A DNA stretch of 64,000 nt from an uncultured Candidatus Rokubacteria bacterium (GTDB taxonomy: Bacteria > Methylomirabilota > Methylomirabilia > Rokubacteriales > DASRDR01): assembly GCA_963826115.1 (NCBI GenBank), contig CAWGVS010000010.1, positions 320,001 through 384,000 on the forward strand, given 5' to 3'. Numbering within the stretch: the stretch's first letter is position 1; the number at the start of each line of letters is the position of its first letter. Below, in pieces: positions 38,851-47,108 of this stretch. Both the position numbers and the translations under genes were made by a program. Under the pieces are notes generated by a model. That model saw nothing but the letters and a program-made list of their open reading frames with translations, was not told the origin of the DNA and did no database searches.

Positions 38851-40267
38851 GTGGCTGGTCCCGCGGATCGTCTTCCCGCTTCACGGGCGGCTGACCGGCC
38901 GCCGGTCCTGGACGGAGTACCGGCAGCTTCGTGCGCTCCAATGGGAATCGCGGGACGCCCTGGAGACCCGGAGCCTCGCGAAGGTCCGCGCGGTCGTCGG
39001 GCACGCGATGGCCCACGTGCCCTTCTACCGGGAGCGCCTCCAGGAGGCGGGCGTCCGGCCCGAGGCGCTCCGGACGCTCGACGATCTGGCGCGGCTGCCA
39101 CTCACTCGCAAGGCGGCGCTCCGCGACAGCCCAGCCGATCACGCGCTCGCCGACAACGTTCCGGCCTCGCGGCGGCTAGCGACCATCACGTCGGGCTCCA
39201 CGGGGTTTCCGTTCGCGTTCCTCCGGGACGCGGCCGGCGTGGACGGCGTCATCGCCGCCCACCTGCTCAGCCTGGAGTGGGCCGGCGCCGCGATCTGGCA
39301 GACACACATCGACGTCGTCAATAGCGCGGACCGACCCATGCCGTCGGCCGTCCCGCCGCCCTCGCGGCTCGAGTGGTGGGCCCGTCGCGCGCTCCTGGGC
39401 GAGGGAGTGATCACGCTGTCCGGCGTGGCCCTGGCCCCCGAGGAGTTCGTGGCGCACAGCCTCTCCGTCTCGCGCCGCGGCTACTTCGTTCGCGGCTACA
39501 CCGCGTACCTGGCCCGGCTCGCCTGGCGCATGCTGGAGGCGGAGACCAAGCTGCCCGTTCCGCCGCGCGTGGTGATGAGCGGCGGCGAGCCCCTGTCCGA
39601 GCGCGACGCGCGGGCGATCGGCCGGGCGTTCGGCTGCCGGGTGGTCAACCAGTACGCCGCCTGGGAGGCACCCCACATGGCGCAGACGTGCCCCGACAAC
39701 CCCGCGGTGCTCCACGTGAACAGCGAGCGCGTGGCGCTCCGCGTCGTCGGGGACGACGGTCGGTCCGTGGCGCCGGGGACACGCGGGCGGATCGTCGTGA
39801 CGGCCCTCGACAACTACGTGATGCCGTTCATCAACTACGAGATCGGCGATGCGGGAGTGGCTGGTCCGGCATGCCCGTGCGGGCGGGGATTCCCGACCCT
39901 GCTGAGGGTCGAGGGCCGCTTGGGCGAGGCGATCCGGATGCCGTCCGGCCGGCTGCTCTCACCCGCGACCCTGGACCGCGGGTTCCGCTACTGCAGCGAC
40001 GCCGTGCGGGAATACCAGGCGGAGCGCACGGCCGACGACGTCCTCACGGTCCGGGTCGTCCCCACGTCGCGCTTCACGCCGGAGACCACGGCGACGCTGC
40101 GGGCCGAGCTGACGGAGATGGCGGGCCCGGGTATGGAGATCCGGATCGACGTCGTCGCCGAGATCCCGCTGGAGCCATCCGGCAAGCGCTTCGTGATCCG
40201 GCCGCGCGGTGGGGAGCCGCCAGCGAGCCCGCGAGACGGTCGCGCCGGAATCCGCGAGCCGGCCTGA
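38843..40267 (+). CDS. CapK/phenylacetate-CoA ligase-like adenylate-forming protein
   Basis: HVPFYR, LARLPLTRK, P-loop TSGSTGFP, GGEPL, MPFINYEIGD, CPCGRG, EGR, terminal SGK. Confidence 0.9.
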   Translation: MYAWLVPRIVFPLHGRLTGRRSWTEYRQLRALQWESRDALETRSLAKVRAVVGHAMAHVPFYRERLQEAGVRPEALRTLDDLARLPLTRKAALRDSPADHALADNVPASRRLATITSGSTGFPFAFLRDAAGVDGVIAAHLLSLEWAGAAIWQTHIDVVNSADRPMPSAVPPPSRLEWWARRALLGEGVITLSGVALAPEEFVAHSLSVSRRGYFVRGYTAYLARLAWRMLEAETKLPVPPRVVMSGGEPLSERDARAIGRAFGCRVVNQYAAWEAPHMAQTCPDNPAVLHVNSERVALRVVGDDGRSVAPGTRGRIVVTALDNYVMPFINYEIGDAGVAGPACPCGRGFPTLLRVEGRLGEAIRMPSGRLLSPATLDRGFRYCSDAVREYQAERTADDVLTVRVVPTSRFTPETTATLRAELTEMAGPGMEIRIDVVAEIPLEPSGKRFVIRPRGGEPPASPRDGRAGIREPA

Positions 40268-40289
40268 GGCCTGACGCGCCGGTCTACGC
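40263..40289 (+). repeat. Imperfect direct repeat, copy 2 (overlaps stops of CapK-like gene and GNAT)
   Basis: CCTGAGGCCTGACGCGCCGGTCTACGC; see copy 1. Confidence 0.5.
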
Positions 40290-40985
40290 CACGGGGGCGC
40301 GTGGGCGGGCGTCCTCCTCGAGCGGCACGAACACGCGCCCCTGATCGTCGAGGCGCACCCGCCCCCTCACGAGGGGCGGGCGCCACGGTCCGATCGTCCA
40401 ATACCCCACGGTCCCGACAACGGCGCGCCGGAGCTCCCGCTCGGCAACGCGGCGGGCCGAGTCGTTCCACGCCGCGATGAGGCCGATGAGCCGCCGGTGT
40501 CCCCGCTCGCGAGCCCGGTGCATGGCCGCCACCGTCGCCGCCGCATAGAGACCCCGCCGCCGCCGCGACGGATGCGTGTAGACGTCGACGATCCACAGAT
40601 CCCCGTCGAGGGGGCGGACGACGCGGTGGAGGTACGGGAGGTGGGCCTCCGCGCTCGTCTCCCACCGCCAGTGCGCGGGGATGTCCCCCGCCCAGCCGAC
40701 CCAGCACTCCTGACCCTCGTGAAGGCGCCGCCGGACCTCGGCCGCGGCGAGGGTGGGGCTCTCCGCAAGAAGCCGCGGGATCTCGCCGACGGTGAGGCGT
40801 CGCCAGACGACATCGGAGGCGGGCGCGATCGGTGGCAGCGGGCCAGTGAGGTCCTTCACGGTCACGAGGAACTCGCGCCGGACCAGCCAGCCTGGCGCCG
40901 TCCGGGCCAGCCGCACGACGCCGATGGTCCGTCGGGCATCCAGGATCCGGTGCGCGAGGCGACGGAGGGCACGGTCGCGCGTCAT
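40284..40985 (-). CDS. GNAT family N-acyltransferase-like protein
   Basis: IVDVYTHPSRRRRGLY (motif A) and WNDSA (motif B Asn). Directly downstream of the second ligase. Confidence 0.78.
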   Translation of the reverse strand: MTRDRALRRLAHRILDARRTIGVVRLARTAPGWLVRREFLVTVKDLTGPLPPIAPASDVVWRRLTVGEIPRLLAESPTLAAAEVRRRLHEGQECWVGWAGDIPAHWRWETSAEAHLPYLHRVVRPLDGDLWIVDVYTHPSRRRRGLYAAATVAAMHRARERGHRRLIGLIAAWNDSARRVAERELRRAVVGTVGYWTIGPWRPPLVRGRVRLDDQGRVFVPLEEDARPRAPVA

Positions 40986-40989
40986 GCCG

Positions 40990-42372
40990 TCACGTCGCGG
41001 CAACGTGGGACTTCACCAGGAGCCGCTTGCCGGACGCCTCGACCGGGATGCGGTCGACCGGATCCACGCTCACGTTCACGCCGGGGCCGAGGAATGTCTC
41101 GAGCTCCGCCCGGAGCCAGTCCACCCGCTCGGGCGTGAGGCGGGCGGTGGGCACCACCTTGAACACGACGCGCTCCGGGGCCGTCTGGACGGCCTGGTAT
41201 TCCCAGATGTACGGATGGGCCCGCGCCCGGATGTTGAGGAACCGGCAGAGCGCGATGGGCAGGACCGTCCGCCCCGCCGGCGTCCGGAGCACCTCGCCGA
41301 GCCGGCCCTCGAGGCTCGCGAGCGTCGGGAACCCCCGGCCGCAGACGCAGCTCTCGCCGGCGACCGCCCAGTCCCCGATCTCGTAGTTGATGAACGGCAT
41401 TACGTGGTTCGCCAGATCGGTCACGACCACCCGCCCCACCTCACCCGGCGGCGTCGCCGAGCCATCCTCGCGAACCACTCTGAGAATCGCGCGCTCGCTG
41501 TTCACGTGGAGCACCTCGGGATTGTCCGGGCAGGTCTGGGCCATGTGGAGCACTTCCCAGGCCGAGTAGTGGTTGGCCGTGCGGCAGCCGAACGCCTGTT
41601 CGATCGCGCGCCGGTTGAGCAGCGAGAGCGTCTCCGCGTACGTGAACACGACTCGCGGAGGCGAAGGTATCTCCACGCCCGACTCGAGCAGCTCCCTCGC
41701 GATGCGCGCGATGTACGAGGGGAACCCCCAGATCGCGTAACCGCCCTCTCCGACGGACCGTCGGATCCGGCCGCAGAGCTCCGCGACGTTGGGCTCGAAG
41801 TCCGACAGGCGGATCGTCCGCTCGCCCAGGGCGAGGCTGGTGGCGGCAGCCCGCATCCAGGCGATGGACGTCGCGGCCGCCGACGCGTGGGCCGGCCCCG
41901 GGATCCAGAGCATCGTCCCGCCGAACGGAGCATTCGCCCATTCCCGGAAGAGCATGTAGGAGCCGAGCCACACCTCCGACGTGGCGCGGTCCGTGAAGAA
42001 CCGGAACGGCATGCCGGTCGACCCCGCGGTGCTTCCGGCCGCCCGTCGCCGGGCCGGCAGGTTGTCCGCCAGGACGCGACCCGCTGGGTCGGGGCGCAGG
42101 TCGGCCTTGCGGCTGATCGGGATCCGCGACAGGTCGGTGACCGAGCGAATCTCATGGGGATCGACTGCGGCTCGACGTAGCAGATCGCGGTAGTAGGGGA
42201 CGTGCGCGTACGCGTGGGACACGATCGCCCGGAGCTTCTCGAGGGCGCGCGCCTCGAGTTCCGCCGTCGGCCGCCACTGAAGCTCGCGCAGGCGACGGAG
42301 CTCTCCCCACGGGCGCCGCCCGGTCAGACGTTCGTACGCGGCGGGGACCTGCGCTCTGAGCCAGTCCCGCAT
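40990..42372 (-). CDS. CapK/phenylacetate-CoA ligase-like adenylate-forming protein (paralogue of 38843-40267)
   Basis: HVPYYR, TAGSTGMP, YAETL, HMAQTCPDNP..LHVNSER, MPFINYEIGD, CVCGRG, SGK. Confidence 0.9.
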   Translation of the reverse strand: MRDWLRAQVPAAYERLTGRRPWGELRRLRELQWRPTAELEARALEKLRAIVSHAYAHVPYYRDLLRRAAVDPHEIRSVTDLSRIPISRKADLRPDPAGRVLADNLPARRRAAGSTAGSTGMPFRFFTDRATSEVWLGSYMLFREWANAPFGGTMLWIPGPAHASAAATSIAWMRAAATSLALGERTIRLSDFEPNVAELCGRIRRSVGEGGYAIWGFPSYIARIARELLESGVEIPSPPRVVFTYAETLSLLNRRAIEQAFGCRTANHYSAWEVLHMAQTCPDNPEVLHVNSERAILRVVREDGSATPPGEVGRVVVTDLANHVMPFINYEIGDWAVAGESCVCGRGFPTLASLEGRLGEVLRTPAGRTVLPIALCRFLNIRARAHPYIWEYQAVQTAPERVVFKVVPTARLTPERVDWLRAELETFLGPGVNVSVDPVDRIPVEASGKRLLVKSHVAAT

Positions 42373-42777
42373 GAGAGAGTGCCTATTCGCATCCTATCGC
42401 GAATTCAGCATGGCGGGCGGCTCCACCGCGATGCGATGGCCCGACGATCACTGGCCTCGGGCGCACCGTCGAGGCCACGGCGCCGGACTGGCCAGGAATG
42501 TCGCGCGTGGTACCTTGGCTCGTGTCACGAGCCTGGACTCGCAGCACCGCCGCGGCGCTAGCCAACACACCCGGAAGGCGATTGACGACCGTGCGAGCGC
42601 TCCGGCCTGGAGGGCTCGGCCGTGCCCGGGCTCGGACGGCCTCCCGGTGACTCTGGCCGCTCAACGGCTCTGCCGCGACATGCTAGCGAGCGGACCTCAC
42701 GATCCGCATGCGTTCGGCGCCATGGCGACGGCTATCTGGCTGGCCGCGGATGGCGACAGGCCGGGACCCTAGCCGAG

Positions 42778-44571
42778 ATGGCTCCGGCATTGCTCCTTGG
42801 CTGTGAGGGTGTCAGCAAGGCCTACGGGGCGCGGACGCTCTTCGACGGCCTGTCGCTGGGGCTCCTCGAGGGGGATCAGGTCGGCCTCGTCGGGCCGAAC
42901 GGCTCCGGCAAGTCCACCCTCCTCAAGATCCTCGCCGGACTCGAGCGGCCGGACCGCGGCACGGTCGCCGTGCGCGGCGGTGTTCGCGTCGGCTATGTGG
43001 CGCAGGATCCGGTCTTCCCCGGGGGCGGCACGGTCGAGGACGCGATCGCCGCCGCCCTGACCGGCGTCGAGGAGGATGAACGCCCCGCGCGCGTGGCCGA
43101 GACGCTCGGCCGCGCGGGGTTCACCGACGGGCGCGTGTCCGCCGACGCGCTCTCGGGCGGCTGGCGGAAGCGCCTGGCGATCGCGCGCGAGCTGGCCTTG
43201 GCGCCTGACGTCCTGCTGATGGACGAGCCCACCAACCATCTGGACGTCGACGGCATCCTCTGGCTCGAGGAGCTTCTCGCCGACCGGGCGCGCGCCGTCC
43301 TCGTGGTGAGCCACGACCGCTACTTCCTCGAGCACGTGGCGACACGCGTGCTGGAGCTGAACCGCGTCTATGCCGGCGGCATGTTCGAGGCCGACGGAGG
43401 GTACTCCGAGTTCCTGGCCCGCCGCGACGAGCACCTGCGCGGCCAGGCCGCGTACGAGGAGTCCCTCGCCAACACGGTCCGCCGCGAGATCGAGTGGCTC
43501 CGGCAAGGCGCGAAGGCGCGCTCGACGAAGGCCAAGGGACGCATCCGCGACGCGGCCCGGCTCATCGACGAGCTCGCGGATGCCCGGGCGCGCGCCGTCG
43601 AGGGAAGCGCCGGGATCGAGCTCGCCGCCTCGACACGGCGGAGCCGGAAACTCCTCGTCGCGCGCGGACTGTCGAAGACGCTCGGCGGCCGCCCGCTGTT
43701 CCGGGACCTCGACCTCGCGGTCATGCGCGGCACGCACGTCGGCCTCATCGGTCCCAACGGGAGCGGCAAGACGACGCTGCTGGACGTGCTCGCCGGCGCC
43801 GTCCCGCCCGACGCCGGCGAGGTCGAGCGGGCCGAGGGCCTGCGGCTCGTCCGGTTCGAGCAGCATCGGGCGAGCCTCGACCCCGCGGAGCCGCTCCGGC
43901 GCGCGCTCGCCCCCGACGGCGACGCCGTCGTCTTCCAGGGCCGGAGCGTGCACGTCGCCTCGTGGGCCAAGCGCTTCCTGTTCCGGCCCGAGCAGCTCGA
44001 GCTGCCCGTCGGCCGCCTCTCCGGCGGCGAGCAGGCCCGCATCCTCATCGCCCGGCTGATGCGCGAGCCCGCCGACCTCCTGATCCTGGACGAGCCGACG
44101 AACGACCTGGACATCCCGACGCTCGAGATCCTCGAGGAGAGCCTCGTCGAGTTCGAGGGCGGGCTCGTGCTCGTCACGCACGACCGCTTCCTGCTGGAGC
44201 GCGTGTCCAACGTCGTCCTGGCCCTCGACGGGGCGGGGGGCGCCGAGACGTTCGCGGACTACACGCAGTGGGAGGCGGTCCGCGCTGCCCGGTTACCGCC
44301 GCCCCGCGCGGCCGCGCTGGCGCCGCGGCCGCGGCCGCGGGCCAAGCGCCTCGGATACCTCGACCGGCGCGAGTGGGACGGCATGGAGCAGGCCATCCTG
44401 GAGGCCGAGCGCGCCGTCGAGGCCTGCCGCCGCGCGGCGGATGATCCGAGCATCGCGTCCGACGCCGAGGCCCTCCGGACCCGCTACGCGGCCCTCGAGG
44501 CGGCGCGCGCCCGCGTGGACCAGCTCTACGCGCGCTGGGCCGAGCTCGAGGCCAAGCAGCCCGACGGGTAG
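42778..44571 (+). CDS. ABC-F family ATPase (Uup-like)
   Basis: Two NBDs (GPNGSGKST, LSGGW, DEPTNHLD; GPNGSGKTT, LSGGEQ, DEPTNDLD), no TM segments, C-terminal coiled coil ending LYARWAELE. Confidence 0.93.
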   Translation: MAPALLLGCEGVSKAYGARTLFDGLSLGLLEGDQVGLVGPNGSGKSTLLKILAGLERPDRGTVAVRGGVRVGYVAQDPVFPGGGTVEDAIAAALTGVEEDERPARVAETLGRAGFTDGRVSADALSGGWRKRLAIARELALAPDVLLMDEPTNHLDVDGILWLEELLADRARAVLVVSHDRYFLEHVATRVLELNRVYAGGMFEADGGYSEFLARRDEHLRGQAAYEESLANTVRREIEWLRQGAKARSTKAKGRIRDAARLIDELADARARAVEGSAGIELAASTRRSRKLLVARGLSKTLGGRPLFRDLDLAVMRGTHVGLIGPNGSGKTTLLDVLAGAVPPDAGEVERAEGLRLVRFEQHRASLDPAEPLRRALAPDGDAVVFQGRSVHVASWAKRFLFRPEQLELPVGRLSGGEQARILIARLMREPADLLILDEPTNDLDIPTLEILEESLVEFEGGLVLVTHDRFLLERVSNVVLALDGAGGAETFADYTQWEAVRAARLPPPRAAALAPRPRPRAKRLGYLDRREWDGMEQAILEAERAVEACRRAADDPSIASDAEALRTRYAALEAARARVDQLYARWAELEAKQPDG

Positions 44572-44686
44572 AGCGTCGGTTCCGGAAGGGCCGACGCCCG
44601 TATCGGGAGTTCTGCTCGAGGAGGACCAAGCCTTCGTCGCCCGGGCGTGCGCCCGAGCGATCGAGGCGCTCGGCTATCGGGTCTGA
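44572..44686 (+). pseudogene. 3' remnant of a sulfotransferase-like gene
   Basis: With one frameshift near 44619 it reads RFRKGRRPYREFCS/EEDQAFVARACARAIEALGYRV*, resembling the C-terminus of Sulfotransfer_2-type proteins. No start codon or N-terminal domain. Confidence 0.5.
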
Positions 44687-44705
44687 CGCGCGAGAGCCCG
44701 GGCGA

Positions 44706-45644
44706 TCAGGCGTCGCGCCAGCGCGAAAGGTCCCGGCCAAGGAGTTCCTCGAGCCGCTCGACCTCCGGCCGCAGCTCCGCGCGCAGGCGCGCGCGCAGCG
44801 CGGGCGCGAGCGGCGGGCGCGGCGTCGCCTGCGTGTTCAGCTTCCGAAGCCGCCGCCAGACCGCCCGGCGGTGGCGCACTGGCACAACGAGACGCGCCAG
44901 GGCCGTCACGCCCGGGAGGTTCCGCAGGATTCCGGGGAGGCCACGGATGCGCGGGCGGCCGCCGGGGTTCACGACCCGCAGGGTCGTGCTGGGAGAAGGC
45001 TCGACGCCGAGGAAGCGGAGCGTCCCGGCGGCGATGCCGTCAGGGTCCCGACAGAGGTCGTCGTAGACGATCACGTGCACGGCTTGGCGCCCGAACACGG
45101 CGAACAGCCGTGACACATGGTCGCCGAACCGAACCAACTCGCGGTAGAGCAGGAGCTCCTTCTGCCATGGCCGGCGCCCTGCGGCTCGGTCCGGCTCGGC
45201 GGCCAGCGCGGCCTCGAAGTCCCACAGATCCTCGTATCCCGCGAGCACTCTCAGGCCGTGCAGGGAATAGAGGACCTCGACCGGGTCGCGCAGCTGCACG
45301 ATGATCCGGGCGTCCGGGACGGCACGCTTGATCTCGGCCGCGGCGGTGCGCGAGGCCAGATACCAGGTCGAGGCCTCCCCAGCCCGGAGTGCGTCGCCAG
45401 CCTCGGCGAACAGGGCCAGGTATTCTCGCTCGTCGCGCACGTATTGGGGCCGGGCCGGCAGGTCGGAGCCGAAGAAGTGGGGCTCCTTCTTCGAGGGCAT
45501 GAAGATCCGGGGATGGCGCCGGAGGAAATGGTACATGGACGTCGTGGCGCACCGGGGCGCGCCCACGATGAAGAAGTCAGGCCAGCGCGTGGCCGCGGGT
45601 CGGCCCTCCGCCGGCTGCGACGCTCCGGACCGTCGGGACCTCAC
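44706..45644 (-). CDS. PAPS-dependent sulfotransferase family protein
   Basis: PDFFIVGAPRCATTS (5'-PSB), KEPHFF, GEASTWYL, LRDPV..LYS (3'-PB), LGRDLSRW. SD GGAGG before GTG 45644. Confidence 0.92.
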   Translation of the reverse strand: MRSRRSGASQPAEGRPAATRWPDFFIVGAPRCATTSMYHFLRRHPRIFMPSKKEPHFFGSDLPARPQYVRDEREYLALFAEAGDALRAGEASTWYLASRTAAAEIKRAVPDARIIVQLRDPVEVLYSLHGLRVLAGYEDLWDFEAALAAEPDRAAGRRPWQKELLLYRELVRFGDHVSRLFAVFGRQAVHVIVYDDLCRDPDGIAAGTLRFLGVEPSPSTTLRVVNPGGRPRIRGLPGILRNLPGVTALARLVVPVRHRRAVWRRLRKLNTQATPRPPLAPALRARLRAELRPEVERLEELLGRDLSRWRDA

Positions 45645-45943
45645 GCACGCGCCTCCGGTCGCTTGGCCCAGAGCGCCCCGCCTCCGTAGCAGCGCTCCGC
45701 GTGGAAGCTCCGGTCCAGGGCGAGGACGTAGCCAGCACGGGTGCCCTCGGCCAGCCAGTCGAGCGCGAGGGTCACCGGCTCGCGCTCCACGTCCGCCCGG
45801 AGCCACGGGGCGACCTGTCCCACACAGGCCAGCAGGCCGCCCAGTGCGCGCGTGCGCCTGGTCACCCGCGGACGCTGCGAGCTCGGGCCCTCCGCCCGTC
45901 CAGGCTCGATCGATGTGAAATTGCGGACGGCCAGGCGGTCCAT
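45641..45943 (-). CDS. Hypothetical protein or gene fragment coupled to the sulfotransferase
   Basis: Its TGA overlaps the sulfotransferase GTG (GTGA). No recognised motif. Confidence 0.35.
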   Translation of the reverse strand: MDRLAVRNFTSIEPGRAEGPSSQRPRVTRRTRALGGLLACVGQVAPWLRADVEREPVTLALDWLAEGTRAGYVLALDRSFHAERCYGGGALWAKRPEARA

Positions 45944-46048
45944 GCCCGCGGATTCTCCCACGGCGCGTGCGCCGGCTTCAACGGAACCGCGTCGCCTCAA
46001 TCAGGGCCTGGCGAGCTCGACCGCGACCGTCCCGACGCCGGGGGAACG

Positions 46049-47053
46049 CTAGCGGCGCAGGCCCTCCACGACGGGGGCGAGCATCTCGATCCCCTTCGGC
46101 CCGGGCGGGTGCACGAGGCTCAGCGTCAGGTGCTGGACCCCGGCCGCCTGGAAGGTCCGGACGTGGGCCAGGAGCTCGTCGGCCGTCCCGACGCGGGCCA
46201 TCTGACGCATCCCGCCGAGCTCGAAGACCGAGACGCCCGGGGGGGCGGTGACGTCGGGGACGCCGGGCCGCGGCTCGCCCGGCAACATCAGCGCCACGCG
46301 CGTCCCCGCCGCGTGCGTGATCGTCTTCGGGTCGCGCTTCGCCTCGGCGCAGGCCCGATCGAGCGCCTCGAACCGGCTCCGCACGTCGCTCGCGACCAGG
46401 TGGTAGTCGGCGTCGTAGATGTCGGCGTACCGGGCGGCGAGCGCCATCATCCGGGGGCGCTGGGCGCCGATCAGGATCGGCGGGCCGGCCGCCCGCGGGC
46501 CGCGCGGAGCGAGAAGGCAGTCCTTCGCCCAGTAGTACTGCCCCTGGAAGTCCACCCGCCCCTCGCGGAGGAGCGGCACGATGATCGCCAGGGCCTCCTC
46601 GAATCGCCCGACCCGATGGTCGTACGGGATGCCGAACGCGTGGTACTCCGGCTCGTGCCAGCCGGCGCCGAGGCCGAGGACGACGCGGCCGTCCGACACC
46701 TCGTCCAGCGTGTCGGCCATCTTCGCGAGGATCGCCGGGTTCCGGAACCCCGTGCACGCCACCAGGGGGCCGAGGTGGATGCGGCTCGTCGCCTCGGCCA
46801 GCGCGGAGAGGATCGTCCACGACTCCCAGATCCCGCGATGTTTCCCCTCCTCCATGCTGACCTTCATGAGGTTCTCCGGCGGCGACTTCCGGAAGAGGAG
46901 GTGGTCCGGCAGGAACAGCGTGTCGACGCCGACCGCCTCCGCCGTGCGAGCCATCTCGCGGAGGTCCGCCCAGCGGACGGGGCGTCCCTCGCCGAGGGCG
47001 CCGGCGCCGATGGGGAGCATGAGTCCGAGCCGCATCCTGTCCGTTCGGGTCAC
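46049..47053 (-). CDS. LLM class flavin/F420-dependent oxidoreductase
   Basis: AEAVG.D.L..PDHL, ESWTILSALAEATSRIHLG, FRNPA.LAKMA.TLD..S.GR..LGLGAGW..PEY. SD GAGGAG. Confidence 0.92.
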   Translation of the reverse strand: MTRTDRMRLGLMLPIGAGALGEGRPVRWADLREMARTAEAVGVDTLFLPDHLLFRKSPPENLMKVSMEEGKHRGIWESWTILSALAEATSRIHLGPLVACTGFRNPAILAKMADTLDEVSDGRVVLGLGAGWHEPEYHAFGIPYDHRVGRFEEALAIIVPLLREGRVDFQGQYYWAKDCLLAPRGPRAAGPPILIGAQRPRMMALAARYADIYDADYHLVASDVRSRFEALDRACAEAKRDPKTITHAAGTRVALMLPGEPRPGVPDVTAPPGVSVFELGGMRQMARVGTADELLAHVRTFQAAGVQHLTLSLVHPPGPKGIEMLAPVVEGLRR

Positions 47054-47108
47054 GCGAGTCTCCTCTCGATGAAGCTGGGTAGCGGGCCGCGTCGACGACG
47101 CGCCGCGA

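Noticed and set aside
42371-42772. 133-aa ORF between the second ligase and the ABC-F gene
   Set aside because: No motif or SD, atypical composition, and it occupies a divergent promoter region.
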